From: a virus
Reading direction: 5' to 3' (one strand)
Length of the DNA stretch: 64,000 bases
Virus record (IMG/VR): IMGVR_UViG_3300042261_001309
Coordinates: 1-64,000 of that record
This document shows positions 62,816 to 64,000 of this stretch, piece by piece. The position numbers and the translations under genes are program-made. Under the pieces are notes generated by a model. The model did not search any database. It was not told the origin of the DNA and saw only the letters and a list, made by a program, of their open reading frames with translations. Positions within the stretch are counted from its first letter, which is position 1, and each line of letters opens with the position of its first letter.

Positions 62816-64000
62816 ACTGTTAGATTAATTACATTGTCCACACAATCTATCAAGCCTTCGTCGTGGTCGATTAAGATTACTTGGCCAATTGTTTGTTGTT
62901 CTCGCAGATTTTTAATACACGAGAAATATTGTTCACGTTTTTTAACATCCAGATTAGTGGTTCCCTCGTCTATGACCAGCATTGGAAAAGCTTGAGCAAA
63001 CAAGCTATGCAACGCCAATCTAAGACACAACCCAGCAATCATCTTCTGTCCACCTGACAACGCTGGAATTACCCGTTCTTCTGGATTGAGCACGACGAAT
63101 TTAAACTCATCGTTAATGCGAATTAAGTAAGGCAAATCAAACCGCTGCAACTGCATACCTAATTCTTCTTCCAACGTACCTCTATAGGTTTGTATTAAGT
63201 TTCTAGGAAACCGAGTAATATGCAAGGTATCATAAGCCAACCGTAATTTACTGAGATACTTATCCCGTTGAGCATTCTTGGCTTTATTTTGCTGAGAAGT
63301 AGCTAACTGATTATCCAGCATAGTTAATTCAGCGTTAACCGTAGCTACGGCGTTTGATAACTCATTTACTTCTACGACACGGCGCTTATTAATATCCAGC
63401 GCTTCCTGCATAGCTCTTAACTCAGCTTCAGGTGAACCGTTACCCGCATAGCTCATTAATCCTTTTAGCTTTTCATTAGCTACGGCGATTTCACCGGTTA
63501 AACAAACTACAGTAAGATTAAGCTCATTAACCTGTTTAGTTAAATTAACCAATCTTCCAAGTTCATTATTTACTTGGCGGTCTTCAGTTTCGTCGTATTT
63601 TGACGCTTCTAATACTTGTAAGTCCTGTCGCAGTTTTTCACAGTTTTTAAAGTCCCACCGTTGCGCAAGCTTGGCGTTAAGCTTATCACTCTCCGCTCTA
63701 GCTGCTTGAATCAAGTTAGTCCTGACCGTGTTTCTTTCACTCAACGCAACTATTTCCTGCTGCACAGCATTTAGTCTTTCCTGTACATTCGCAATAGCTT
63801 GCCCACACGTAGGACAAGTAGGATTAACAGACAAAGTATGATAACCTTCAAATTCAACGGCTAATTGATCTAGGCGATTATCCGCGATTGCTTTATCACT
63901 GGTTAACGCCGCTATGGTTGTTTGCTGTTTATTGAACTCTGCGGACAGCTGGGTAAACTCTTCTTCTGATTTTACAGTTAATTTTGATTCAGCTGCCGTA
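62812..64000 (-). CDS. sbcC: SbcC/Rad50 (gp46-like) ATPase, 5'-truncated by the window
   Basis: Zn-hook CPTC, coiled coil, LSGGQ signature, IDEG Walker B, IDHD; the frame stays open to the window end. Confidence 0.9.
   Translation of the reverse strand, partial: TAAESKLTVKSEEEFTQLSAEFNKQQTTIAALTSDKAIADNRLDQLAVEFEGYHTLSVNPTCPTCGQAIANVQERLNAVQQEIVALSERNTVRTNLIQAARAESDKLNAKLAQRWDFKNCEKLRQDLQVLEASKYDETEDRQVNNELGRLVNLTKQVNELNLTVVCLTGEIAVANEKLKGLMSYAGNGSPEAELRAMQEALDINKRRVVEVNELSNAVATVNAELTMLDNQLATSQQNKAKNAQRDKYLSKLRLAYDTLHITRFPRNLIQTYRGTLEEELGMQLQRFDLPYLIRINDEFKFVVLNPEERVIPALSGGQKMIAGLCLRLALHSLFAQAFPMLVIDEGTTNLDVKKREQYFSCIKNLREQQTIGQVILIDHDEGLIDCVDNVINLTV

Overview
This window is an AT-rich segment of a large tailed dsDNA bacteriophage genome read in the standard genetic code; no CRISPR array, rRNA or IS element was seen. 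1-12.3 kb (minus strand) is an accessory region. It holds a tandem array of more than 25 short, translationally coupled, apparently paralogous helical-hairpin genes (some decaying), a tRNA-CAT (probably Ile2), a CX5R phosphatase, and a radical SAM/SPASM enzyme accompanied by three proteins sharing the N-terminal motif MKxRxxFVSNSSSxSF. 12.4-18.5 kb holds a lipoprotein/TM pair (spanin-like), two tandem GT2 glycosyltransferases and an RMF-like/DHH phosphoesterase fusion. 18.6-40.8 kb (plus strand) is a virion module: probable portal, TraR/DksA zinc finger, fibre proteins and a 5445-aa fibre/adhesin with an SGNH esterase domain. 40.8-64 kb (minus strand) is the replication/recombination module: RuvC-like, RecA, probable SSB, UDG-like/PolA, DnaB, primase, C5-MTase, SF2 helicase and SbcC. 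Embedded in it is the most striking candidate new system, a four-gene ubiquitin-like cassette: a Ubl precursor with an internal LLGG, a 681-aa unknown, a JAB peptidase and an E1/ThiF enzyme. All calls come from motif recognition by eye; no database searches were run.
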